Below, piece by piece: positions 13,201 to 25,820 of a stretch of 64,000 bases of DNA (position 1 is its first letter; every line of letters begins with the position of its first letter). The position numbers were made by a program, and so were the translations under genes. Origin of the DNA: Callorhinchus milii (lineage: Eukaryota); assembly GCF_018977255.1 (NCBI RefSeq), contig NW_024704743.1:97218001-97282000 (forward strand). The letters run 5' to 3'. The notes below the pieces were generated by a model, which saw only the letters and a list, made by a program, of their open reading frames with translations, made no database searches and had not been told where the DNA came from.

Positions 13201-14090
13201 TTTGCAATAAGAAATCTGTCTATCTCAGTCTTGAATATGTTCAAGGACTGAGCGTCAACAGCCCTTTGGGGTAACGAGTTCCATACATTCACCACTCTTT
13301 GAGTGAAGAAGTTCTTCCTTAACTCAGTGCGAAAGGGCTGGCCTCTGATTTTAAGGTTGTGACCCCTGATTTTAGTTTCTCCAACCAGGGGAAAAAATCT
13401 CCCACTCCCACATCCGGTCCCTCACCAGCACCGCTTTCTTCCACTTCTGATGCATCGCCCTTCTCCGCCAATACCTCACTCCAAAAGTCGCTGAAACCCT
13501 GGTCTATGCCTTTGTCACCTCTCGACTATTTGAATATTTGACTATTCAAATGCCCTCCTCGCCGGTTCCCCTCCACTACCATCCATAAAATCCACGTCAT
13601 ACAAAACTCTGCCGCCTGCATTCCCACCCGCACCAAACTCCGCTCCCTGATCACCCCAGTCCTTGCCAGACTGCACTGGCTGCTTGTCCCAGAGAGGAAC
13701 GACTTCAAGATCCTCACCCTTGTCTTCAAATCCCTCCACTCCTCTGCACCCCCCTACCCTCTGACCTCTCTCCTCACAACAGTGCCTGTTGCCTTCGTTC
13801 CACCGGGTCTGGCCTCCTCCTTGTCCCCCGAGTCCTCCGCTCCACCCTCGGCAGCTGTGCCTTCAGCCACTATGCCCCGAGGCTCTGGAACTCCCTTCCT
13901 CACTCCCTTCGCCTCGTCCCCTCTTCCTATTTTCAGGTCTCTGCTGAAGACCTTTCTTTTCGACCGTGCCTTTGGTCACCTTCTTCCCCCCCACCCGGCT
14001 CGGCCACGGGATCCATTACTGTGAAGCACTCTGAGACGCTGTCCAGCGTGGAGGGCGCTATATAAATCCAAGTTGTTGTTGGTTGTTGTT
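10267..14090 (+). mobile_element. Near full-length decayed L2-clade LINE (APE endonuclease + reverse transcriptase)
   Basis: APE motifs GLTETWL (~10930), GGGVAL, MGDFNFH, GHALDL and SDH. RT motifs GVPQGSILGPLLF and YADDTQLY (ORF 12504..12905). 3' tail GGCGCTATATAAATCCAAG(TTG)n. Many frameshifts and stops. Confidence 0.92.
13077..13401 (-). mobile_element. CR1-clade LINE 3' fragment nested in the L2
   Basis: Reverse strand reads as a CR1 ORF2 end (RGHNLKIRG..FRTELRKNFFTQRVVNVWNSLP) plus the tail GAATGGCCTACTCCTGCTCCTA...(TTATG)n. Flanked by a near-duplicate: cctcccccacat 13065-13076 and ccactcccacat 13402-13413. Confidence 0.88.
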
Positions 14091-14329
14091 GATTGTTGGC
14101 CAGGACACCATGAGAGACTTCCTTCTCTTTCCAAATAGTGACGTGAGATCTTTACCGTCCATCCTGGTAGACTGCACATCAGTTTAACATCTGATCTGAA
14201 GGAAAGCTTCTCCGACAGTGCAACAGCAGTGCATTAGAATGTCAGCCATGAGTTCAAAGACCCACAACCTTCATGACTCAAAGATAAGAGTGGTACCAAC
14301 TGAGCCAGGAAAACACCGAAATAGCTCCA

Positions 14330-14575
14330 TGGGGACCATACCTTGCTCAAGTGACAATTATTCACGCATGAGCCTCGATGAGTGTTGGTGGGCTATTCAA
14401 CTGAGGGTGGCTTCACAGTCAAGTCTAATCACCCCCCATATGAGCCTACAGCTGGGGGCCAGCAGGAGAGTGGGAAACTTCACCCCTTTCTCAACCAGGA
14501 ATCAGAGACCAATTGCAGCTCCTCAACCAATCGCTGTCCTGGGTGAGATCAGTTAATTCAGCACAAACACAGTCC
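14330..14575 (-). repeat. Old, highly diverged dispersed repeat (SINE-like)
   Basis: Similar by eye to about 16195-16445, 27355-27545 and 35500-35760 (motif GCTGAGTTAGCTGATCTCA.CCAGG). Family not identified. Confidence 0.45.
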
Positions 14576-14669
14576 CCAGATGATAGGAGACACAATTCAT
14601 TTTTACTTCACCCAAATAAAACATTTTAAAATGATTGTTGCAAATGCATACTTTTAAAAATAAAGTCCG

Positions 14670-15912
14670 AGAGGGTTGAAATATTTTGTTTTACTCAATA
14701 AATCAAGTTTTGAACATACAGTGTAAAATATACAGCTTATGATATTTAACACTAAAGGTTTTGGAAACACTGCTTGATTGTAAGAAAGTGTCATTAACAT
14801 TTGAATACTCTTTTTAAGTACAAATTTGAATCACCATGAATGAAATCAGGTTACCAACATCCTTACATTCAGCAATTCTATTTGGTAAGTCTGTACTTTG
14901 TTAAACCAGCAATGTATTTTACAGAACAATCCTTATCTCATCTTTCAATCACCAGTAAAAGAAAATGATGATACATACTGGCCTAATTTTGTGCTTATAT
15001 ATTCTGATAAATATGGCTTGTTTTCACTAACTAACAGTGCAATAGCTCTCATCATTCAAATATTTCACCAGTTAAACATTATCAAAATATAATCAAACAT
15101 AAGAAAAAGTAATGTCACAAAAAGGAGGGCGGGGGGTGGGGAGGAATCCAATAATCATATCAATGGATCAACCGAAAGTAAGTTATTCTTTAAACACTAA
15201 AACCTCAACACAGCACTACCAACGTGCTTAGTATAAACTCTAACATAGAGTATGAGTTTGTCAAAGCTAAAGAGTGCAGTTTTACTCATCTCCATCGTAG
15301 AGTAGTGCTCCAAAACAAAGGGGCACTTGTAAAGTTGTAACATGGACTGAAAGAAAAAATATGTACAATATATAAAAAGTAATGCATTTTCTCTCACTCC
15401 AGTTGTGATTTGTAATACTGAAAAAAGTCTTCAGTGTTCAGCATAGAAATCAATTCTTTTAGAAATTAATGTTTGGTATTTAGTTTACATAATGCAGGGC
15501 AGACGGGATTACTTAATAAATATGATCCCATAGAAATGTTCCATCAAAACTCTCTTGCTAAGTATTCAAGCCTAACCTTTGTTCAGTATCAAGGGTTGAT
15601 GTCAAATAAACAGACATCATACTCAGAAATAGAGACTGATAAACATCAGCGCTACATCTTCAGGCCACAAAAGTGCACTTCCAACAGGAGAGATATAAAA
15701 ATAGATGCATTCATTCATTCATTCAATCATTCAATCATTCATTCATTTTATGCAGTGACATTTCCAGCACATGTTCCTAGCAGAGAAAGCTCTTCCAGTC
15801 TTTAAAATTCTTAGTGTTCCATTTACTTCCAGCAGCACACAGAGCTCTTTGGGGGCAGAGGAGAAACATGATGATGAATAAAGCATTGGCCTGGCCTGAT
15901 ATATGGCCTGGG
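14670..15912 (-). other. CABLES1: Putative CABLES1 3' UTR (~1.25 kb)
   Basis: AT-rich stretch free of recognisable transposons after the stop codon. It ends at a variant poly(A) signal AGTAAA (14690-14695, minus strand) with upstream TGTA motifs and a downstream T-rich tract. It includes (ATTC)n at about 15707-15746. Confidence 0.6.
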
Positions 15913-16053
15913 CTAGGAATGCTGCATAAGTCTTCTGTAGTGTGGGAGCACCTCATGTTCAGAAAGATGGAGAGCAAATTCCAAGGCCACCAACACTGGA
16001 AACTCAAATGCTATGAGTTCACGTCTGTTGAGTCTGAACTTTTCTTCCAGTTT
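15913..16053 (-). CDS. CABLES1: CABLES1 exon 10, last coding exon (141 nt including TAG)
   Basis: cctaaag|AAA; encodes [46 protein letters not shown], a CABLES1-type rather than CABLES2-type C-terminus. Confidence 0.96.
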   Translation of the reverse strand, partial: KLEEKFRLNRRELIAFEFPVLVALEFALHLSEHEVLPHYRRLMQHS

Positions 16054-17993
16054 CTTTAGGAATGAAAGATAATAACAAGCGTTACATGGACAATTTTTCA
16101 CAATCCCATCAGTAATTGTAATAATTAATAATTAATCCAAGTTTTTGGTTTCTAAATTCTCATCTGAAGCGAATCTTGTTGTTTGGTTCTATGAGTTTCA
16201 GGACTTCACCCACATGGACATTCATCATATGTGAGTTTGGACATTAAAGACCAGTGAGCTACTCAAACATGACAACAAGCTTAGTCATATTGTTCCCCAG
16301 CATCCATACATAGCTGCTCTACCAGGAGCCCTGAATAAACACTGGGTGCAGGAACCTAGCTCACTTATTCAATCCTAAACACTGAAGCTAACTGCAGTGT
16401 TTTGCACAATTGTCCTGGCTGGGATCAGATAATGTAGCTCCCAAAATTTTACTGACAAGTGTAGTAACTATATTTGTAGGCAAATGCAGCAGTCAGTTTG
16501 CACACGGCAATGTCCACAAACAGCCATGAAGCAAATCACCAATTTTATCTGGGGGATTGTTGGCCAGGACACCTGGAGAAACCCCCTTCTCTTTTTGACT
16601 GTGACATGCAATCTTTAAAGCCCACCTGAACAGGGCAGACTGAAGCTCAGATTAATATCACATCTAAAGGATGATAATAATCTTTATACTCTTTGCATTT
16701 GATAAAGCGCCTTATCACATCTTCGAGACATCTCAAAGCACTTCACAGAAACTACTGTACAGTGAATTGGCTGTATATTTTGTGGGTGAAACCCGCAGCC
16801 ACTTGCGCACAGCAATGTCCCACAAACAGTCATGGCTTGAGTGACCAATTTATTATTATTTATTTATTTATTTTTGAAGAGATTACTTACCCCCGGAAAA
16901 ACGATCCACCAATCGACTTACAATCGGGTTCTTATGTACTGCTAGGTAAACAGGCGTGTGGAGTAAGGAAACTTGCTTAATATTTCACCCTGCCCACAAA
17001 TCAAACCCAGGTTCTCTTGCTTGCTAGGCGCGTGTTCTAATCACTAAGATACAGGATTAAGTTGAAGGATAGCATTTGTAAGAATGCAAGAATGAGAATG
17101 ACTATAAGACTATGACTACGAGCTCAAAGTCTTGATATGCAGCTAGAATCGACAACCTTCTGACTCAGATATGAAAATACTACCAATTGAACCAGGCTGC
17201 CAACTAAACAACTACCAAATGTGTAAGTGTGTTGTTTTTTCAGATGATACAAACACCATAATTGCAGTACTCAGAAATCCCATTTTTACAAAATGTACTT
17301 TGTTGCATATCTGCATGTCTGTCAGTTGTCAGTAACGGGGTAAGTGGAAGTCACGATCACTCCCAGCATTTTACTTTTGAGTTGTTTCCCGGACAAGAAT
17401 TTTTATGAATCTATGAATAGCAATGAGGAGCTGGAACCCTCCCTCCAGTCCAGCAGATCAATTATAGCACCTCAGGACAGAAATTCCACCTGGGTTAGGA
17501 TTTGCTCCATTTTGTTACTCTCATCTATTTATGTCGTGTTTCAGAGCATCCAAAAATTTGACAATTTGTTCTTAAAAGAACTTACAGAAAACCAGCTCCA
17601 TAATGAGGTAGCCAAAAATGAAGATTGCCTTTAAGAACTCGCCAAATTCTGTATTTTCTGAATTGCTATATAGAGTGAATCTAATCTTAGTTGGAGCTTC
17701 TACCCCATGATTGCTGCTTCCCCAGTGGTCTATAAGAACAAACCTTGCATATGATAAAATGCCTTTTCGCGTCATTGAGACGTCTCAGTTTCACAGGATA
17801 TAATAATAATCCTTACATTTGATACAGTGCCTTATTACGTCGTTGAGACATCACAAAGCGCTTCATAGGATATACTATAAAGTGGATTGACTGTATATTT
17901 TGTGGGCGAAATATGTTTTACACAGCTCAGTGGATTTACCACCTAGAACACTAGGAATGCAGTGAGCATGTCTGCTTTTCTCAATGTACTTAC

Positions 17994-18201
17994 GTCAATC
18001 AGATGCTTGACTTCATGTTTTCGGAGGTCACTGCCTATTTTGGCTGCCAATAAAACACAAGCACCAGCACACAGTTTGCGGTTCTGCTTATCGAGCTTCC
18101 CTTTGAGGGCCAGCTTTTCGAAGTAGACAAAGGACATGGCGACAGTGGGCTCTTCCAGGCCACACTCCTCCTGAGCCAGCTTCCGCATCTCACGTTTCAG
18201 G
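17994..18201 (-). CDS. CABLES1: CABLES1 exon 9 (208 nt), cyclin-box-like domain
   Basis: cacag|C...GAC|gtaagt; encodes LKREMRKLAQEECGLEEPTVAMSFVYFEKLALKGKLDKQNRKLCAGACVLLAAKIGSDLRKHEVKHLID. Confidence 0.97.
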
Positions 18202-20832
18202 CTGTGGGAACAATCCCAAAACACCCTCAACAACTTGAAAACAAATGACCGGAAGGAGAGAGCTTCCCGCCTGATGGTTTTGTCACATGATGGTGATCCC
18301 AAGACCCACTTTGTTCCTGAATTAAACGGTGATGTCACCTCCACTTTGGTTTTGATGGTTGTTTTATAACTCAACAAGAACTTACATTTTTACAGCCTCT
18401 TTGATGGGAAAGAAACCCAAAGCCCTTGAACCATCGCAAAGAATATCACATTGAAATTAAGTGAATACTGTTTGCCCCCAAAACACAGTCATTGCACTTT
18501 ACAGTAATAATAATAATCCTTGCATTTGGTACAGTGCCTTTCACATCAGGAAGACATCACAAAGCACTTCACAGGATATACTGTCAAGTGCAGTGATTGT
18601 GGCAGCCATGTTGTGCCCAGCAGTCTCCCACGAACCAATTTTATTTGGTGAATTGTTGGCCAGGATACCGGGAGAAACTCACTTTCTCAGTATATCCCGT
18701 GAAGCACTTTGGGACGTCCTCTCAACGTGAAAGGCATTATACCAAATGTAAGGGTTACTATTGTAGAGACAAATAGGGCAGCTAAACTACAACCAGCAAC
18801 GTCCTACAACAACTTACATTTATATAACGCCTTTACATTGGGAGGACATCTTGAAGCATTGTATAGCTGATTGGAAGCCCAAGCTCCCAATGATTGGAAT
18901 ACCCAACTGATTAGAATTGGGGTGGAGGGGTGATTGGATAAGTAGAGGAATGTAAGACAAGATAACTGGAAGAAAAACACTTTGAAAAAGAAGTGGAATT
19001 TCTTCACAAGCACCTCAATTGCAAGGTAGACAGGACGTAAATTGATGACTCAATCGTAAAAGGAATAATGAACTGGAAGTAAATAAATAATAAACACATA
19101 TAGTATTCTATCTCATTCGCTCTAAACCCATACCAGCATAACAGCAAGTTTTTAGACCACAGCCTTTCCCATAACTTTTTGTATTATGCTGGTCCAGCAC
19201 TGAATGTATTAAGAATTTCCTAGTGTCTGCTACATTTCAACAACAAAAGTGTTAAACTGTGAGTTGCAAACATTACAAATTAGATCTGCAGATCTTTCCA
19301 CCTTTGTATTCTTTCCAGCATAAAATTAAACAGCAAAATTAAATGTGCATTGTTCGTTTCTCTAGCTGCGTTGCTGTTGCAGATTTAACACAGCTCTCTA
19401 TGTTATTGTTATCCCAAACCAACACTCCTCCCCACCTCCTGCACTCAGGTAGCAGGGTTCCTGTCCACCTTTTTGAACCTGACTGACAGCTGTGCTGTCT
19501 GATCCTGTCAGCTGTCAGGGCAGTTAGTAAGATGTGTGGAACAGCCTCTGGGCAGTTTCCAATGGCAAAGCCTGGTCACCAGATATAAACACTCAGCTAC
19601 AGCTCTGCACTTATGTAGCAATCGAGGAGGGCAGGCCTGGTGTTAACAAAGACCTGGGCAGTCATGTTCTGGATAAATTCAAACATGTCAACAATTCCCA
19701 CCCCGACTTTGTGTCCATCAAGCACCAAATGGTCGTCAAACAGAGAAGCAGGTTTGGCCTCAGGCTCCTGAACTCTTACTCCCCTCCCACAACCCAGCTC
19801 AGGTGGCCAGACAGTTGTGGAATGCGCTTTGAGACTTCCAACATGAAAAGCATTGTATAAATGTAAATTGTTTTGTATTGTATAATAAAGGGATGGGAGA
19901 AGAATTCCAAGCTGGATGTTCTGTAAACAAAAAGAACGATTATAAAATACACAGCTCTCCGGGTAACTTGCTTATATTTTACCACCTGGATTAATTCCCA
20001 TTGACACCCCTTTTGGGAAAGCCGGCTCCCGCCCATCAGCACAGGACGAAAAGTCACCTGCTGAATGTGCTTCAGTCCCAGAGCACCAGCAAAGTCAGAC
20101 ATCGGTGCTCAGCAGGCTCTCATCTCTTTGGCATGTTTAGAATGTGCTATTACTAAAATGGCTGATTTTAGTAGGTCATAGGGTCCTTCAACATTTGGGG
20201 ACATAACTTAAGAGCAGGGAAACAAAACAAATAAAAAGAGAAGAGAATGAGGCTCCATCAGAAATCCGAACACATTGCTCCCCTCACTTCTAGTGTGTAA
20301 CACTGTGAGATTGACTGAAACAAACAAGTTTGTTGAGAATGAACTGGCCACAAATTAGCTTTCGGAATGAGAGAATTGTAAATGTTTATTGTGACAATGA
20401 GGATGTCTTTTTCGGCACAGTGTCTTGGGGAATGAAGCTGATTTAATCAAATTTAATAACACTGGGTATTGAAGGATATTAAACCATATTGAAGCAGAGA
20501 GCACTAATGCATTTAAGAGGAAACTTGATATACATGTGAGTGAGAAGGGAATAGAGGATTATGAGAGGAGGCTAGGGAGGGGAAACAGAGGGCAGACTAT
20601 TCTGTTGTATAATTTAAGAATGCACAGAATTGTGGAAAATTCTTAGCCTTCGTTTTAATTAGGAAGTTGGCCTACATTCGCACTGTTGATGGCTTTTAAA
20701 AACTGCTGACTTCTCAGGTGGACTGAGAGTGTCTAAAATGGACGCTTCTTACCCCATCCCAAATAGAGCTAATTTTACCTCATACTTTACAATATCAGAG
20801 AACAGATTGCTCTGTCCCAACCTCCTGCTTAC

Positions 20833-20939
20833 CTCCGGATTTTACTGAGCGTCAATTTGATATAAGGAAACTTTTCCTTGAAGGTTTCATTCATGTTCTT
20901 TTTGAGATCGGATGGCTTGACATATTCAATTACTGTTGT
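20833..20939 (-). CDS. CABLES1: CABLES1 exon 8 (107 nt)
   Basis: ctttag|ACA...AG|gtaagc; encodes [35 protein letters not shown](S). Confidence 0.96.
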
Positions 20940-21535
20940 CTAAAGAAAAGGAAACATTGCTTTTAGTATTGTCCACAAACAGCATTCTCTGACGATTCTA
21001 AAATATCCACCTGATATCAATGTCAAAAATGGGGGGAACTGGAACCAAAGAGTAAGCAGTTAACTGTAAAGAAAGCTAGTGAAGTAAATCAAAGGTATTT
21101 CAGAACAAACATAAAAAGTATAATTTTTATAAGGGCAAATTGACCCCCAAGTTACCACACCAAGTGCATTGCCATGTCAGTCATGTACCGGCCAAAGTAC
21201 AAAACACTCTATATCAGAATTTAGCAAACACTAAGAACACTACTATAAATTGCCTTTTACGTTACTACAGTTCTGGGATTTCCAGAAATTTTTGATATGA
21301 ATGTTCCTTTTATGATATGAAATAAAAAGCTCTGTTTAGAGCTTTTAGAGCTTTAGTTTAAATCAAATCCTTCTCTGCGATGACAGAAACTGCGAGGAAA
21401 TTCTAAAATATAATCTACAGAAATACTAATAAATGCTTAGGAAAAGAGTTAGGAACAGGAGGAAGCCATTCAGCCCATTGAGCCAGTTCAACCAGAGGTG
21501 TCGTCCTTTGGATGAGTTCCATTCTGCCTATTCAA

Positions 21536-21566
<31 letters not shown>

Positions 21567-22167
21567 AAAAAGCGAAGGGAGTTTCTCCCGGTGTGTTGAC
21601 CAAAAACCGCCCCCTCTCCCCCAATAAAAATTGGACACTTACTCCATGCTTGTTTGCTGTGTGCAATTGGCTGCTGCGTTTTGCTCACAAAATACACAGT
21701 CAATCCACTTTACAGTATATGCTGTGGAACATTTCGAGACGTCTCAATGACAGGATCAGGTGCTACATCGAATGCAAGACTTATTATTATTATTGTTATT
21801 TATCTAATTTGGGCAGATCGTTTAGCCTGATCCTTCTGCCATATCCCGTAATACTCCTATTCCCCGGTTATTCGCCCACAAATATACAGTCAATTCACTT
21901 TACAGTCTATTCTGTGAAGCGCTTTGAGACGTCGAGAAGACGTGAAAAGCGCTATATCAAATGCAATTATGATTAGTATTATTTTATATCTGTATATCTC
22001 TTTTAAACATTTTTGTTGATTCTGCTTCTACAAGCTTTCTCGGACAGAGTATTCCACATTGTCACAACCTCTGTGTTAAGAAACACCTCCTGACCTCAGT
22101 TTAGTCCACACAACTGTCTTAATTCTGAGATACTTCCATCTCAAGAGCAGTGTATAAAACACCATCT

Positions 22168-22540
22168 GGAGTCCTGTAGCTCAGTGGTTAGAGCACTCGC
22201 TTCGCAAGTGAGAGATCTGGGTTTGATTCCCGACAGGGCAAAATGTGTGGCAAGTTTCCTTACTCCACACTCCTGTTTACCTAGCAGTAAGTGGGAACCG
22301 GTTGTTAATCGAATAGCGGGTCTCTTTTTCGGGGATAACTATCCCTCAAGAAAAAAAACAATAATAATTTGGTCACTCAATCCACGACTGTTTGTGAGAC
22401 ACTGCTGTGCGCAACTGGCTGCCGCGTTTTGCCCACAAATATAGTCAATTCACTTTACAGTATATTCTGTGAAGCGCTTTAAGACATCTAGAAGATTTGA
22501 AAAGCGCAATATCAAATGCAAGGATTATTATTATTATTAT
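22168..22540 (+). mobile_element. Full-length tRNA-derived SINE, long subfamily (extra CTGTTTACCTAGCAGTAAG block)
   Basis: Same head and tail as the short subfamily plus a ~60-nt central block. Related copies at 16675-17058 (-), 23385-23665 (+) and 60061-60422 (-). Confidence 0.9.
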
Positions 22541-25482
22541 CTTCTCATGACATAATTTGGTTCAAGATGAAAAGATAATTGTTTATAATGCTGTTTCTGA
22601 TCTACAGCTGCAAATAAAACTAAATTAATGAGTTCATTCTGCAATGTGTTCATTCACCAAAGCAACAGGACAAACTGCTGGGAAAGAACCTATGAATACT
22701 GAGGAATAACTGAGACAGATAGATCCCAGGACACAGGCAATTGCAAACTCATCAATTTCTGTTCAATAGTGGAAAGAAGGCGGTTAGAGTAGTATATGTT
22801 TAGTGGACTTGAATTGGTCTTGTAAATCTGTGGTAATAAAAATAATCTGTGCATTTGCTGTAATACCATGAATTGCAACGTGCTTCAAATGTTTTCCGTA
22901 AAGTGTAATAGCTTTGTATTTTGTAGGCAAATGCAGCAGCTAATTTGTTTATTTGTGTGCGTGTGACTGCATGCATTTGGGTGAGTTTGAGTCCGTAACT
23001 CTGTCTGTTCAGCGCCTTGGGATGTTCTCCCGACGTGAAAGGCGCTATACAAATGTAATGTTGTTGTTGTTGCTTACTTCTGTGAAGCAAGGTTCATGAT
23101 TTCACTTGGGTGAATCTCAGGCAGGTTATTGGTGGGAGGCAGCCAGCAGAAGTAAGTTGCTTGCCAGCGCACGATTGAAGTTTGTGATTTGGGCAACAAT
23201 TTTCCACTAGATATGCAGCAGAAACCCATTGAGGATGAAGCCTGGTCCTGACACCATCTGCAGGTAGTGGCTCCTAGAAGCCTGAATAGACCATTGTTTA
23301 ACATGATCAAAGAGCTGTTTGCACATCCAGCTCTTTGTCAATATTAAAATACTGTTACGTTTGCGTACAAAATATAATCAAATGTTGGGCAAGTTTCCTT
23401 ACTCCACACACCTCTGTTTACCTAGCAGTAAGTAGGAACTCAGCTGTTAGTCGATTGGCGGATCACTTTCTGGGGATAATAATCCCTTAAAAAAAAATTT
23501 GGTCACTCAACCTACGACGGTTTGTGGGACACTGCTGTGCACAATTTGCTGCTGCAGTTCGCCCACAAAATATAGTCAATTCACTTTACAGTATATTCTG
23601 TGAAGCACTTTGAGATGTCTCAACAACATGATAAAGCGCTATATCAGATGCAAGGATTATTATTATAGCCACTACACTTCACAGCAAATCCTGTGAAACT
23701 ATGAGATACCCTCTCGATGTAAAAGATGCTACAATAAATCCCCAATTTACCAGATTGCTGGTATCCGGAATTCAAACCTAACCGGAAATGGCCAACAGCC
23801 TAAATTTTTTTAAAAATTTCAGCCCGTGGGTACATGCAGAATACCCAGTTTGCCATCTTTTAAACTTTGAATCAGAGAGATGTAGAGCCTAAGTATAAAT
23901 AAAATCTTCCTGCTCCACAGGACTAAGTGTGCGGAATGCTCACAGTACTGTAGACACAGCTTGTAATATAAATCTGAAGAGCCAAGGATGTCTGGTGACC
24001 TTGCAATCTATGCTGGCTGCACTAAGCACCACTTGGACATTCCTCTCAGAACCTGCTCCAATACACTGTCTTTCTGCAGCTATTTTATTCTAAGCTGGCA
24101 GGAAGTAATTCAGTGAGAAACAGCCAAGAAAAAAACAGGAAGGACCAGCAATCAAAGCTGAACCTCTTCAGCGCCAAGTCTCAGTGACCATCTCAGCCAT
24201 CAGTACAACTAACACTCTGATAAGGAACCTTGTCAAGTACAAACAAGGCATAAAATAGATCAACACTAAATTCATTGTTTGTTTTAGTTCAGAATAAAGA
24301 ATGTTCAAATCTTCACACTGAACCCAACAGTGCTCTGACTCTAAATAGATGAACGTTGAACCTTAATCATCGTGGTCCTATAGAGAAGGACAAGTGGAGA
24401 GGTGTTGGAGCCATAAATAGGACAAGATGACCAACTCTCAATATTAGTGCAAAAGATCAAATATCTTTACACTCAACACTCTGTCCTATTGAATAATCCA
24501 CACACTCTCAGGAACAGGCTGTCAGGTGAACTATTTGTTGTGATTTCTCTGAAATGATGGTTTTGTTACGAGTGGTGAGATATATTGTCCTGACTGAAGA
24601 GTTCCTACTTCAGGTTAGCATCACTTCCTGCTCTAGAGACACGTGTTCTAACTGGGTATTTAGAAGTCAATTGGTGCAAGAAGATTTTTTTTAATAAAGT
24701 ATTTTGATTCTTCCCTGTTACTCTTTCTTCTTCATTCTCACTCTTCCCTGTCCTGAAAATGGTGACTTTTGCTGAAATACTACTCCAGGGACCTGTATCC
24801 TGCCCTAGAGGCTATTCTTCAATTGAATGGCAAGTTGTCCACTCATCACAAGCCAAGCCTGAGCCTGTCCTTACAAACCCCAGCAATACCCCAGTGCACA
24901 CTCTGAGATCCCCAAGATAGATTGCAAGGCCACCAGACATCCTTGGTCTTTACACTTATATTAAGCTGCACCTGTCGTCCACACACACGTAACAGTCAAG
25001 CCACGTCTATAGTCCACACACACAAACCTACATTTATGTTAATGTATATATGTACTTTTACGTGAACAGATCAAGAGCAGGAAACCAAGATCTGATAATG
25101 TTTTTCATCCATCAATTTCTTGATACATGTGGAAACCCATTGCCATGCTTAAAAGTATCCAGAACAAAGTACTGGAGTTCATATGCATAGCAGTTTCTGT
25201 TTGTCCTTATGGACGGGCACAAGGAGCCACTGGGAAAAGAGCCATTTACCTCAGTGTTATGCACTCTGGCTCATTCTCAGCAAAAATCAGCTTCAATATG
25301 AATGAGATTATCTCCATGTACACAGCAATTCCGTGTGAAATGTTTTGAGACGTTTTGATGCTATCAGCATTATATCAAAGACAAGGATTTTTGGTACAAA
25401 TCCTTATGCAGTTTAGTAAATCTGCCAGTATCAATAGTGTGCCCATCAATCCCTTTTGAGATTCACCTGTGCATGGCTAGTT

Positions 25483-25820
25483 CAACAACAACAACAAAAT
25501 TACATTTATAGAGAGCCTTTCTCGTCGGGAGGACGTCCCAAAACGCTGAACAGTCAGATGTCGGGGCCCGAGCATAGGGGAGGGGTGGTGTAGGGGTGAG
25601 GGAAGGCGGAGGAGTGGGAGGTTCAAGGCTGCTTTAAACATCCCAGTCCACAGCCCATGTAAGGTCTGTCTCAAGACCTACCTCTTTGACCGCGCCTTCG
25701 ATCACCTTTCTCCTCTCCACTCCCTTCAGCTCCTAGCCCAGCTCAGGTGCCAAGATAGGACTGTCAAGCACCCTGGCATGTCGTCCCGACATGAAAGGCA
25801 GTATACAAATGTAAATTGAA
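25483..25820. mobile_element. Two L2 3' ends in opposite orientation
   Basis: Minus-strand tail at 25483-25620 and plus-strand tail at about 25660-25820, both with the GGGACGTCCTCCCGAC...GAAAGGC-type end. Confidence 0.75.

Noticed and set aside
10439..14024. Dense cluster of long ORFs on both strands
   Set aside because: These are frameshifted pieces and antisense or alternate frames of one C-rich decayed L2, not a gene cluster or novel RT system.
14697..14702. Plus-strand AATAAA signals near the CABLES1 3' end
   Set aside because: Wrong strand for CABLES1 and 14 kb from the TMEM241 stop; expected by chance in AT-rich sequence.
17943..18377. 144-aa ORF as a standalone gene
   Set aside because: Only 17994-18201 is exonic; the rest is intron read-through. 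The same applies to 15913..16101, 36332..36577 and 38169..38465.
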